The translations under genes and the position numbers were made by a program. A stretch of DNA of 64,000 bases from a virus. Its lineage: Duplodnaviria > Caudoviricetes. The stretch lies in IMG/VR virus record IMGVR_UViG_3300032285_001531. The stretch is one strand, 5' to 3'. Under the pieces are notes generated by a model, which saw nothing but the letters and a program-made list of their open reading frames with translations, was not told the DNA's origin and ran no database searches. Positions 36,560 to 45,888 of the stretch are shown piece by piece; the first letter of the stretch is position 1, and the number at the start of each line of letters is the position of its first letter.

Positions 36560-37594
36560 ATGAGTACGATTCTTGTTAAATTCGGTGAGTATCGCAACAA
36601 GCCCGTAATCAATCAAAAATTCACATTAGTAAAAGACTTTCAAACAGGTAAAAAAGGTAACTTTATTACTGTAAAAAATGAAGGTCAATTTGACGTTGCA
36701 ATTGAAGATGTTAGAGTAAAAGTAAATTCCATTAATGATGTAGTATTTGTAGAAGAGGAGCCAACTATGGCAGAAAACGCAATATCATTTGTAGCAAAAG
36801 AAATTAAGCATGTAGAAACTGACGAACAAGCAATGGATCGTATTGCTGCACGTTTTCAAATTTTAGATCAAATGACTAAAGCTGCAATCAATAGTGACAT
36901 TCGTGCTATGATTGTTTCAGGTCCACCGGGTGTAGGTAAATCATTTGGTGTTGAAACACAACTTGAAAAAGCAAGTATGTTTGATAAAATTTCAGGTAAG
37001 AAATTGCGTTTTGAAGTTGTCAAAGGTGCAATGACTGCATTAGGTTTGTATGCTACATTATACAAGTATAGTGATGCTAAGAATGTGTTAGTATTCGATG
37101 ACTGCGACAGTGTGTTCCAAGATGACTTGTCACTAAACATACTAAAAGCAGCACTTGATTCAGGTAAGCGTAGACGTATCTGCTGGAACAGTGATAGTGC
37201 ATTGTTACGTAGAGAAGGTATCCCTGATCAATTTGACTTTAAGGGTAGTGCTATCTTCATTACAAACTTAAAGTTTGAAAATGTTAAGAGCAAAAAACTA
37301 CAAGATCACCTAGAAGCACTAGAATCACGTTGTCACTTTTTGGATCTAACAATTGATACTGAACGTGATAAGATGTTACGTATCAAGCAAGTACATCGTG
37401 ACACTGATGGTGGTCTGTTTAGATCATATGATTTTGATGCTAATCAAGCAGAAGAAATTATGGAATTTATGTCAACTAACAAAACTAAATTGCGTGAATT
37501 AAGTTTACGTATGTGTTTAAAAATTGCTGACTTAGTTAAGATTAGCCCAAGTAACTGGCAGAATCTTGCAGCAAGTACATGTATGAAACGATAA
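36560..37594 (+). CDS. P-loop (AAA-like) ATPase of unknown function
   Basis: GPPGVGKS, VFDDCD, FITN and ALESR. Confidence 0.75.
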   Translation: MSTILVKFGEYRNKPVINQKFTLVKDFQTGKKGNFITVKNEGQFDVAIEDVRVKVNSINDVVFVEEEPTMAENAISFVAKEIKHVETDEQAMDRIAARFQILDQMTKAAINSDIRAMIVSGPPGVGKSFGVETQLEKASMFDKISGKKLRFEVVKGAMTALGLYATLYKYSDAKNVLVFDDCDSVFQDDLSLNILKAALDSGKRRRICWNSDSALLRREGIPDQFDFKGSAIFITNLKFENVKSKKLQDHLEALESRCHFLDLTIDTERDKMLRIKQVHRDTDGGLFRSYDFDANQAEEIMEFMSTNKTKLRELSLRMCLKIADLVKISPSNWQNLAASTCMKR

Positions 37595-37607
37595 TTATTG
37601 TACAGTT

Positions 37608-37629
37608 AATGGGGGCTTCGGCTCCCATT
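37608..37629 (+). terminator. UUCG hairpin / probable terminator
   Basis: AATGGGGGC-TTCG-GCTCCCATT; no clear U-tract. Confidence 0.55.
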
Positions 37630-37675
37630 AGCCATTTATCTTTTATTAATTCTTTTATTATGTTATAATAACATT

Positions 37676-38686
37676 ATGAACAAATTGTTATATGCTGAAG
37701 AAGTTTTAGAATTATGCCTTAATCAAATCAGCCTTAGCCGATATGATAAAAAGTTTTTCTATAACTTGCAACTATTGAATGTACTTCCTAGAAAATCTAT
37801 TACATCCAATCAGGCTGAATTGTTTAAAAAGGTAGTGTTAAAGTATCACTCACAACTATTAAAGAAACAATATAACTCAATTGAATTAAGTGAGTTGCCC
37901 TGGCAGTTGACCATAACACAAAGTTCACCGGACTTCACTAATGCACAATTTCAAATAAAAGACGGTACACTTGTATTGCGCTGTCCTTATAAGCAACAAT
38001 TTATAAAAGATTTTAAAAGTTTACAATTAATGAATTGGCACGGTGCTGACAAATGTTATTATAGTAAATTTGGGTTAGACACATTTAGAAAAGTAAATGA
38101 TGTTGTAATGAAGTATTATCAGGAAATATCGTACTGTAACGATTTAAAAGATATAATACATGAAGTAAGTAAATATGAAGGTGATTGTATTTGGGATCCA
38201 ACCTTAGTAGAAAGCAATGGTAGATATTATATTGCTGCTATTAATGAACCTCTTTTCAATGCAATAGAGGGTGTTGAATTTAAAACTGATTTCTACTCAT
38301 TGAGTAAAATAACGTCATATGGAATTAAGATAGATAAGAAACTTCATAATACTTTGAATGACACACAGGCTCGATTTATTTCTAATCATGAATATAAACA
38401 TGAACATACTGAAATAGATTCACTAATAGCATTGCTTAAAGAAATAAAATGCGACCAGTTATTAGTAGGCACACGTTATGGTGCATGGAATAACAGTGAT
38501 GATATGTTAAAAGCAATAGCAAATAGTGGAATTCCAGTAATTCATGCAGGTGATCAATGTGAATATCTTTCATTTTCTATGCCAGTATTCTTAAAATTTA
38601 ATTCATTTAGTTATAAAGGATACGGTAGCATGTTCGCAGCAAAGGTAATACACGTAGTAAATTCAACTGAAATTGAGATTAAATGA
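37676..38686 (+). CDS. hypothetical protein
   Basis: Extended -10 TGTTATAAT at 37661-37669. Confidence 0.7.
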   Translation: MNKLLYAEEVLELCLNQISLSRYDKKFFYNLQLLNVLPRKSITSNQAELFKKVVLKYHSQLLKKQYNSIELSELPWQLTITQSSPDFTNAQFQIKDGTLVLRCPYKQQFIKDFKSLQLMNWHGADKCYYSKFGLDTFRKVNDVVMKYYQEISYCNDLKDIIHEVSKYEGDCIWDPTLVESNGRYYIAAINEPLFNAIEGVEFKTDFYSLSKITSYGIKIDKKLHNTLNDTQARFISNHEYKHEHTEIDSLIALLKEIKCDQLLVGTRYGAWNNSDDMLKAIANSGIPVIHAGDQCEYLSFSMPVFLKFNSFSYKGYGSMFAAKVIHVVNSTEIEIK

Positions 38687-40140
38687 CCCAATGTAAAATA
38701 ATAATAAAGGATGAAGTAAACTGTAAGATAGAAGGCTTAGAGTTACCTGAACGTAGAAAACTAATGAAGATGTTTGAGTACGAGGTTCCTGGTGCTCGTT
38801 ATCAACCTGCAGTTAGACTTGGTAGATGGAATGGTAAAGTAAGTTTCTTTAGTTTAGGTGGCAGTTGTTATATCAATTTATTAGATAGAATCATACCTGT
38901 ATTAGATCAGGCAGGCTATGAGATTGAACTAGAAGATTTACGTGAAACGGTACACAACTTCAATTTCACACAGATAACAGAAGATACTTTTGCAAACAAA
39001 GCATGGCCAAAAGGTCACGTTAAAGAAGGTGAGCCAGTTCTATTCCGTGACTATCAAGTAGAGATTGTAAACAACTTTCTTAGTAATCCACAGAGTGTCC
39101 AAGAAGTAGCAACAGGTGCAGGCAAGACATTGATGACTGCAGCATTGAGTTATAGTGTACAGGACTATGGTCGTAGTATCGTAGTAGTACCTAACAAGAG
39201 TTTAGTAGTACAGACTGAAGAAGATTATATCAACTTAGGTCTTGATGTAGGTGTGTATTTTGGTGATAGAAAAGATATTGGCAAACAACACACTATTTGT
39301 ACGTGGCAGAGTTTAAACAATATGATGAAAGCCACAAAAGCAGGTGAAGCAGATTTAACTATAGGTGAATTCTTAGAAGGTGTTATATGTGTAATGATTG
39401 ATGAAGCACATATGGCACAAGCAGACGCATTAAAAACGATGTTAACAGGTCCTATGAGTCATATTCCAATTCGTTGGGGTCTGACTGGTACTATCCCTAA
39501 AGAGAAGTTTCAACACGAAGCATTGTTTGTTAGTATTGGCAATCTAATTGGCAAACTATCAGCAAGCGAATTACAAGATAGGGGAGTATTAGCAAAGTGT
39601 CATGTTAACATTATTCAACTTCAAGACCTAGTAGAATTTAGCAACTATCAAAGTGAACTTAAACATTTACTTGAGGATGCAACTAGACTTGATACTATCG
39701 CAGAACTGATAATGAATATTAAAGGTTCAGGGAACACACTCATACTGGTCGATAGAGTTAACGCAGGTAAGGAACTGATAGATAGATTACCGGGCGCAGT
39801 GTTCGTAAGCGGTGGTACTAAATTAACAGAAAGAAAAGAAGAATATGATGAATTTGCGACAAGTGATGACAAGGTGGCTGTTGCAACTTACGGTGTGGCT
39901 GCTGTGGGTATTAATATACCCCGTATCTTTAACCTTGTTCTTATTGAGCCTGGAAAAAGTTTCGTTCGAGTTATACAATCGATTGGTCGAGGTATCAGAA
40001 AAGCTGAGGACAAAGATTTCGTCCAAATCTGGGACATGACAAGTAGTTGTAAGTTTGCTAAGCGACATCTAACAAAGCGCAAAGAATTCTATAAGGATGC
40101 TTCCTATCCTTTTAGTATTGAAAAATTAAAATACAAGTGA
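38683..40140 (+). CDS. uvsW: SF2 helicase UvsW-like
   Basis: RDYQ, ATGAGKT, DEAH, GLTGT and QSIGRGIR. Confidence 0.9.
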   Translation: MTQCKIIIKDEVNCKIEGLELPERRKLMKMFEYEVPGARYQPAVRLGRWNGKVSFFSLGGSCYINLLDRIIPVLDQAGYEIELEDLRETVHNFNFTQITEDTFANKAWPKGHVKEGEPVLFRDYQVEIVNNFLSNPQSVQEVATGAGKTLMTAALSYSVQDYGRSIVVVPNKSLVVQTEEDYINLGLDVGVYFGDRKDIGKQHTICTWQSLNNMMKATKAGEADLTIGEFLEGVICVMIDEAHMAQADALKTMLTGPMSHIPIRWGLTGTIPKEKFQHEALFVSIGNLIGKLSASELQDRGVLAKCHVNIIQLQDLVEFSNYQSELKHLLEDATRLDTIAELIMNIKGSGNTLILVDRVNAGKELIDRLPGAVFVSGGTKLTERKEEYDEFATSDDKVAVATYGVAAVGINIPRIFNLVLIEPGKSFVRVIQSIGRGIRKAEDKDFVQIWDMTSSCKFAKRHLTKRKEFYKDASYPFSIEKLKYK

Positions 40141-40152
40141 TATAATAACAAC

Positions 40153-40653
40153 ATGAAAATACTAACCTTAGATAACACAGTTTATAATTTAGAAACTCTA
40201 CCGGAGGAAATAGATGATCTTAGATTTGCCATTCTTGACAACAGTAATCCTGCTAATGTTGACTACCACTATATACCTCTAATATTCTTAGAGAGTTTTA
40301 ATAGTCCTGCATTAGTATTACGTGTTGCTGATAGAGTTATTAAGATGCCAGTAGATTGGCAAATACTTATCGGTGAACCTGAATTAGGTGATTTAGAAAC
40401 GTTACCACTGACTAGTATCAATGATAGGGGATTCAAAGCATTTGAATTCAATCCATTAAGTAGTTTCAAGCCCACATTCTGCGATATAGAAATATTAGAT
40501 ATATACCATGATGTTAGTTGGTATGCTCCTAGATTAAAAAACGGGCAGTTCTTATGTATTCCGATTGATGACACACCTAAACCAAGATGTGTTTATTTTG
40601 TAAAAGAAATTAGTAGAAACTGTGAGATTGTAGACTATAGACAGGCATTCTAA
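40153..40653 (+). CDS. conserved hypothetical protein
   Basis: TGATATAAT at 40138-40146. Confidence 0.75.
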   Translation: MKILTLDNTVYNLETLPEEIDDLRFAILDNSNPANVDYHYIPLIFLESFNSPALVLRVADRVIKMPVDWQILIGEPELGDLETLPLTSINDRGFKAFEFNPLSSFKPTFCDIEILDIYHDVSWYAPRLKNGQFLCIPIDDTPKPRCVYFVKEISRNCEIVDYRQAF

Positions 40654-41243
40654 TGGCAAAAAAAGAAAAACTTAGTGCTGATGAAAAGTTCACTGACGTG
40701 GACTTTCCATTGTTTCCTGCACTAGAAGCATTAGATAGAAAAGATTATGGTTGGTATGACAGACTAACAGTAGAACAACAGAAAGGATTTACTCCTTTCA
40801 TGCTAATGACTTGGATGAGTACAATTCAGGGTAATGCAGATTTACAACGATACTATATACAAAGCACAACTTATGCTGCAAATAAGCACATGTTTAATGA
40901 TACAATTATGGATCATAAAAAATTACAGTGGTTAATGTTATGTGCAATCAGTCCTGGCCTGGGAAAGCAATATCACAAGTATCTACCACAGATTAAACGT
41001 AAAGTTTCATTATTGCAAGAGCCAGCAAAGTTAAGTGATATTAAAGATTATTTTAAAAAAGTATATCCTAAAACTGATGATGAAACAATTGCAGCAGTAG
41101 GCGAAGAATATACTAGAGTACAGAAACGGAAGTTTTATTTAGCTCAGCAGTTCCCTGAATTGAAACACGAAGATATTGAACTATTAAATGAATTAGTTAC
41201 TGACGAAGATATTAAGAAGTATGAAGAAGATAGAGGCAACTAA
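40653..41243 (+). CDS. Clamp loader small subunit (gp62)-like
   Basis: FTPFML..WMS..AANKH..LQWLML..KQYHKYL pattern resembles gp62; replication context. Confidence 0.5.
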   Translation: MAKKEKLSADEKFTDVDFPLFPALEALDRKDYGWYDRLTVEQQKGFTPFMLMTWMSTIQGNADLQRYYIQSTTYAANKHMFNDTIMDHKKLQWLMLCAISPGLGKQYHKYLPQIKRKVSLLQEPAKLSDIKDYFKKVYPKTDDETIAAVGEEYTRVQKRKFYLAQQFPELKHEDIELLNELVTDEDIKKYEEDRGN

Positions 41244-41913
41244 GTTTGGATGTGAATTTTGTAAACGTGAGTTTGTACGTGAAAGTACCATGCTCAAGCA
41301 TATCTGTGAGTATAAGCATCGTTGGTTAGATCGTGACCGCAGAGGTAATCAGATTGGCTTTCAGAGTTTTGTACAGTTCTATCAAAAGCACAGTGCAAGT
41401 AAGAAATTAAAAACCTATGAAGAATTTATTAAAAGTGCATATTATATTGCATTTATTAAGTTTGGGTCATATTGTTTAGAAGTTAATTGTGTCAATGTTC
41501 CTAGACTAGTAGATTTTTATCTTAAAGAAAACATCAAACTAGATAATTGGACAAGTGACACTAACTATACAAAGTTTTTAATTGAATACATGAAATCTGA
41601 GAATCCAATAGATGCTGTAGAAAGGTCTATGCAATTCTGTGCTGATAAAGCAATCGAAGAAAAGATTCAACCAAATGACTATCTACGATATGGTAATCGT
41701 AATAAAATTTGCTATGCTATAACTAGTGGAAGAATTAGTCCATGGGTATTGTATCAAAGTGAAAGTGGTGTTAAACTATTGGATGAATTATCAGAAGATT
41801 TGATTAAAATGATCTATGATTATATAAATCCAGTACAATGGGCAGTAAAGTTTAGTAAAGATACTGAAAACGTTGAATTAGTTAAACAAGTTCTAACATT
41901 GGCAAGATGGTAG
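41221..41913 (+). CDS. hypothetical protein with N-terminal zinc finger
   Basis: CEFCKREF...LKHIC. Confidence 0.7.
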   Translation: MKKIEATKFGCEFCKREFVRESTMLKHICEYKHRWLDRDRRGNQIGFQSFVQFYQKHSASKKLKTYEEFIKSAYYIAFIKFGSYCLEVNCVNVPRLVDFYLKENIKLDNWTSDTNYTKFLIEYMKSENPIDAVERSMQFCADKAIEEKIQPNDYLRYGNRNKICYAITSGRISPWVLYQSESGVKLLDELSEDLIKMIYDYINPVQWAVKFSKDTENVELVKQVLTLARW

Positions 41914-42140
41914 AGAATAGACAAAGATTTATAGTAGGTCCTAAACTAGCTAAACACTCAGAAATGGGTCTATGGGTACTGTTAGCAGATTACATGTACT
42001 GGGGACAAGAAACAACATTAGATGAATTGCATGATTGGTGTGAAAAGTATCTTAGTAAAGGCAAAGATGCAATACAAGGATCAATCATACAATTTGCAAC
42101 TGAACAAGAATTATCATTTTTTATATTACGATGGAGTTAA
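41907..42140 (+). CDS. hypothetical protein
   Basis: Operonic; FFILRWS end typical of small phage proteins. Confidence 0.65.
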   Translation: MVENRQRFIVGPKLAKHSEMGLWVLLADYMYWGQETTLDELHDWCEKYLSKGKDAIQGSIIQFATEQELSFFILRWS

Positions 42141-42141
42141 T

Positions 42142-42321
42142 ATGGAATTAATGACTTGGATATTATTAGTTTATCAACTAACAGAAAATCCATATGGCAT
42201 GAAACTTGAATATAAGCAAGAGTTTGCTAATCATGCTACATGTATTGCAGAGATACCTAAATACGTGCATAAAGATAAAATGGTATTCTGTGCATTAAAA
42301 AGAGAGGATGTAAAGGAATAA
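42142..42321 (+). CDS. 59-aa small two-Cys protein (MELMTWILLVY...FANHATC...C); true start probably 42142
   Basis: ATG 1 nt after the previous stop; family pattern. Confidence 0.65.
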   Translation: MELMTWILLVYQLTENPYGMKLEYKQEFANHATCIAEIPKYVHKDKMVFCALKREDVKE

Positions 42322-42323
42322 TT

Positions 42324-42539
42324 ATGGAAGCAATTACATGGACACTAGTGGTATATCTGTTGACACCAACATTGATGCAAACAGTTAGTACAGAAAGTTA
42401 CCCGACAATGGAAACTTGTATGGCAGCAGGTGACAAAATAATTCGTAGTAATAAAGAAAAAGCAAACTCATACATGACCACATGTACAGCAGTTTATCCT
42501 AAAGAAAAATCACTAGACGAAATAGAAAATGGCAAATGA
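42324..42539 (+). CDS. 71-aa small two-Cys protein (MEAITWTLVVY...YPTMETC...C)
   Basis: Tandem paralogue of the previous gene. Confidence 0.65.
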   Translation: MEAITWTLVVYLLTPTLMQTVSTESYPTMETCMAAGDKIIRSNKEKANSYMTTCTAVYPKEKSLDEIENGK

Positions 42540-43074
42540 TATTATGCTGGATATTGAAAGTTTAGACACAAGTCCTTATTGTGTTATACTTACTATTGGT
42601 GCAGTCAGATTCGATCCTAAAGGTACAGGTGTAGTTGAGAAACTAGAACTACGTCCTACTATTGATGAACAAACAGAAATTTATAATAGAGTTATAAATG
42701 ATGATACAATTCGTTGGTGGAGTACACAAAATCCTGCAGCATTAGAAGAAGCTATGGGTGATCAGGGTCGCATATCATTTAAAGATGCAATGGAACAACT
42801 ATATAAGTTTTGTTGGAACCGTCGTGCAGTATGGAGTAATGGTGCAGCATTTGATTGTGTTGCAATGGAAACAGCGTGGCAGCAATTAGATATGCGTATA
42901 CCATGGCCCTTCTATACAGTTAGAGATACAAGAACATTGTATGAAATTGCAGGTGTTAAACTTAAAGACGGCGGGCATGTTACTAGTCATAAAGCGGTAG
43001 AAGATGCAGAGCGTCAGGCTATTGTTGTGCAAGAAGCATATAAGAAATTAATGAAAGCAGGATTTATGCGATGA
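42529..43074 (+). CDS. DEDD 3'-5' exonuclease (Rv2179c / exonuclease VIII N-terminal-like)
   Basis: MLDIESL, WSNGAAFD, RDTRT and HKAVEDA. Confidence 0.85.
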   Translation: MANDIMLDIESLDTSPYCVILTIGAVRFDPKGTGVVEKLELRPTIDEQTEIYNRVINDDTIRWWSTQNPAALEEAMGDQGRISFKDAMEQLYKFCWNRRAVWSNGAAFDCVAMETAWQQLDMRIPWPFYTVRDTRTLYEIAGVKLKDGGHVTSHKAVEDAERQAIVVQEAYKKLMKAGFMR

Positions 43075-43652
43075 ATTTTGATATTGATATTGACTTTGGT
43101 GATCGTAGTAAAGTACTTGAAGTAATCAAGTGCATACCTGCAGCCATGCGCAATGTCAAGCCTATGCGTAAACATAACACTGGTGTTTATGTAACAGAAG
43201 TTCCATATGATCCTATCAATGACATGGCTAGTATTGATTATACTGAGGCAGAACAACGTGGGTATATGAAATTAGACTTGTTGAACGTTCATGTGTATGA
43301 CAAGATTAATTCAGAAATGGAATTGATTGAAAATATGCGTGAACCTAATTGGGCAAAGTTAAAAGAAAAAGATTTTGTAGAATCATTGATTCACTTAGGT
43401 AATCAATTTGCTACAATTCAAAAGATGCCTGAACCTATAGATAGTATACCTAGACTAGCAATGTTTTTAGCAATTATTCGTCCTGGTAAAAAGCATTTAA
43501 TTGGATCAACTTGGGCAGAGATAGCTAAAACTGTGTGGGAAAAGAATGAAGATGGATATAGCTTTAAGAAAGCACATGCAATAAGTTATGCATGGTTAGT
43601 TGCTGTACATATGAATCTGTTAGAATCTAAGGCATCCGACGCACAAGAGTAA
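43071..43652 (+). CDS. Minimal DnaE (C-family DNA polymerase III alpha) catalytic-core protein, 193 aa
   Basis: FDIDIDF, KHNTGVY, KLDLL, IRPG and YSFKKAHAISY occur in the same order as DnaE PDxDxD, HAGG, KxDxLGL, RPGP and YGFNKSH. Confidence 0.8.
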   Translation: MNFDIDIDFGDRSKVLEVIKCIPAAMRNVKPMRKHNTGVYVTEVPYDPINDMASIDYTEAEQRGYMKLDLLNVHVYDKINSEMELIENMREPNWAKLKEKDFVESLIHLGNQFATIQKMPEPIDSIPRLAMFLAIIRPGKKHLIGSTWAEIAKTVWEKNEDGYSFKKAHAISYAWLVAVHMNLLESKASDAQE

Positions 43653-44007
43653 TACTACGTCTTTTGGTTTTCTTTTTACTTAATTCGCTGATGCTACATA
43701 TTGGTCCATGAATTATATCTAAGCTCTTATTATTAAAAGTCCTTAAATAGGGCTTGAAAGTAATCCATTCTTCTTTTAAGAACATATTGATTGGAATTAG
43801 TCTGTTTGATTCCCACCACCAAACTTCACCTAATTCTAGGAACTTCTCTTTTAATTGGGGCTGAATAATAGAACCATAGTCGTATATTGTAGTTACGATG
43901 TCATCACGGTTTTGGATGATTCCCACATAGTCCTGTCCCGAATAGGAGCAGACTGTTATGAATGGGTGATTCTCTGATAGTCGTTTGAAAAACTCGTTAT
44001 GTATCAT
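43627..44007 (-). CDS. conserved hypothetical protein
   Basis: EVWWWESNRLIPI motif; divergent TAAATA region. Confidence 0.7.
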   Translation of the reverse strand: MIHNEFFKRLSENHPFITVCSYSGQDYVGIIQNRDDIVTTIYDYGSIIQPQLKEKFLELGEVWWWESNRLIPINMFLKEEWITFKPYLRTFNNKSLDIIHGPICSISELSKKKTKRRSITLVRRMP

Positions 44008-44118
44008 TGTTTTTTATATCTTCGGATATATTTATTGAATAAACCTATCCAAAATATTTTATTTTTATAGGTCATAGCTTATTTAGTAGGGAATAAATAA
44101 AATAAAGGAGCCAATTCT

Positions 44119-44865
44119 GTGTATTCAACACCATTATATTTTTTCAAACCCAGACAGATTGTAGTACTTTATTCGGGCACCTCATCTAGGAGATATCAAA
44201 TCGTGTACGCCAAAAATCTTACTTTAAACCGTGGAGTTGATAATCAACTACAATTTCAATTTCTGGACCAAGAACAGAAGAAAATAGACATCACTGGTAA
44301 AACATTGAGTTTCAGACTATTGAATTATGACGGCACTCAGATATTACTTAGAAAAGCCCTAGATGCATTTCTCCCGTTAACTGGATTAGCTAATCTAACT
44401 TTAAGTAGCTCTGAACTCATCAATATCAACCCACAACTTTGTAGTTATAGTTTAGAGATAGATGACGGTTCATTAAATCTTCCGGTGTTCACTAATAGTG
44501 AAGCAAGCGCACGAGGAACAATTAGTGTAGTTGATAGTGTACTTCCAAAACACATACCATCTATGCCTGTTGAAATACCAACACATCAAACTGTAGCTAA
44601 TACAGGTACTACATATTATAGTAGCGTGATTGGAATGAACGGAACCAGTTTAATGACATTCCAACCATATTTGGATGAATACTCAGGTAACATTGTAATC
44701 CAAGGTTCAACTAGTATAGACAATGGTTGGTATGATGTTGATACTATTGGGACTTTTGCTAATGATTCTTCAACCACTTCCTTTAGTGTTGAAGGATTTC
44801 ATCCTTATGTAAGACTACAATTCAATAGCACTGCGGGAAATGTCGCTAACATTTTAGTCAGATAA
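44119..44865 (+). CDS. hypothetical late, probably virion/baseplate-associated protein
   Basis: TAAATA at 44094, SD AAGGAG, GTG start. Confidence 0.6.
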   Translation: MYSTPLYFFKPRQIVVLYSGTSSRRYQIVYAKNLTLNRGVDNQLQFQFLDQEQKKIDITGKTLSFRLLNYDGTQILLRKALDAFLPLTGLANLTLSSSELININPQLCSYSLEIDDGSLNLPVFTNSEASARGTISVVDSVLPKHIPSMPVEIPTHQTVANTGTTYYSSVIGMNGTSLMTFQPYLDEYSGNIVIQGSTSIDNGWYDVDTIGTFANDSSTTSFSVEGFHPYVRLQFNSTAGNVANILVR

Positions 44866-44913
44866 ACTACCAAACTGTTACTATTTTGACATTGTATATG
44901 TTATAATTATAAC

Positions 44914-45888
44914 ATGTTTGATATTCTGTCGGTCGTTCCTAATAAGAAAAAACTAACGTCAAGTGGATGGTATAGCTTTAATGCTATCTGCTGTCACCAT
45001 AATGGACACAACCCTGATAAACGTCAACGCGGTGGTATTCGTATAGAAGGAAACAAATGGACATATCACTGCTTCAATTGCAATTATAGTTGTGGCTTTG
45101 AATTAGGACATAATATAAGCGACCGCACAAGAGAACTATTGAGATGGTGCGGAATAGATGACCAACAAATCTTACGCTGGAATTTAGAAAGTTTACAGAA
45201 TAAAGATTTATTAGATTTCACTAAGAAGTTTAAGAAAGAAAGACCAGTTGAATTTGCAGCTAAAAAACTTCCTGAATACGCAGAGATATTAGATGACACT
45301 AATCCTAAACATAAAGTTTATGTAGATTATTTGATTAAACGATGTGTTGATTATAAATCATTTGATTTTTACGTAACTCCAGATGATACAGGAAGAAATG
45401 CTAATAGAGTAATTATACCATACACATATCACAAAGAGATTGTGGGTAACACTAGCAGATTCTTAGATACTAGAATACCTAAGTATATTAATGACCAACA
45501 GCCTGGTTATGTGTTTGGATATGACCAACAGAAAGCTGATTGGCAAATATGTATCCTAACAGAAGGTATCTTTGACGCCCTATCAATTCAGGGCTGTGCA
45601 ATTATGCATAGTGATATAAGTCCTGAACAAGCAAAGATGCTAAGACAATTGAACAGACATATTATATTTGTACCAGATCAAGATAAAGCAGGACTAGCAT
45701 TATGTGACAAAGCATTAGAATTAGGATATAGTGTAAGCATTCCTGTTTGGCACGATGACATTAAAGATTTAAATGATGCAGTAATTAAATATGGAAAATT
45801 GCCTACATTGTTAAGTATATTGCAGGCAGCTACTACGAGCAAAATAAAAATAGAAATGCAAAGGAAAAAGATTGTTAAAGGAATATAA
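44914..45888 (+). CDS. gp61: DNA primase (gp61/DnaG-like)
   Basis: Zn finger CCH...HCFNC; TOPRIM EGIFDA and PDQD; KDLND. Confidence 0.9.
   Translation: MFDILSVVPNKKKLTSSGWYSFNAICCHHNGHNPDKRQRGGIRIEGNKWTYHCFNCNYSCGFELGHNISDRTRELLRWCGIDDQQILRWNLESLQNKDLLDFTKKFKKERPVEFAAKKLPEYAEILDDTNPKHKVYVDYLIKRCVDYKSFDFYVTPDDTGRNANRVIIPYTYHKEIVGNTSRFLDTRIPKYINDQQPGYVFGYDQQKADWQICILTEGIFDALSIQGCAIMHSDISPEQAKMLRQLNRHIIFVPDQDKAGLALCDKALELGYSVSIPVWHDDIKDLNDAVIKYGKLPTLLSILQAATTSKIKIEMQRKKIVKGI

Noticed and set aside
44886-44907. TTGACA near the primase (44886) and exonuclease (51140) promoters read as -35 boxes
   Set aside because: They lie only 6-10 nt from TATAAT, far from the 16-18 nt needed; these promoters are better explained as extended -10 types.
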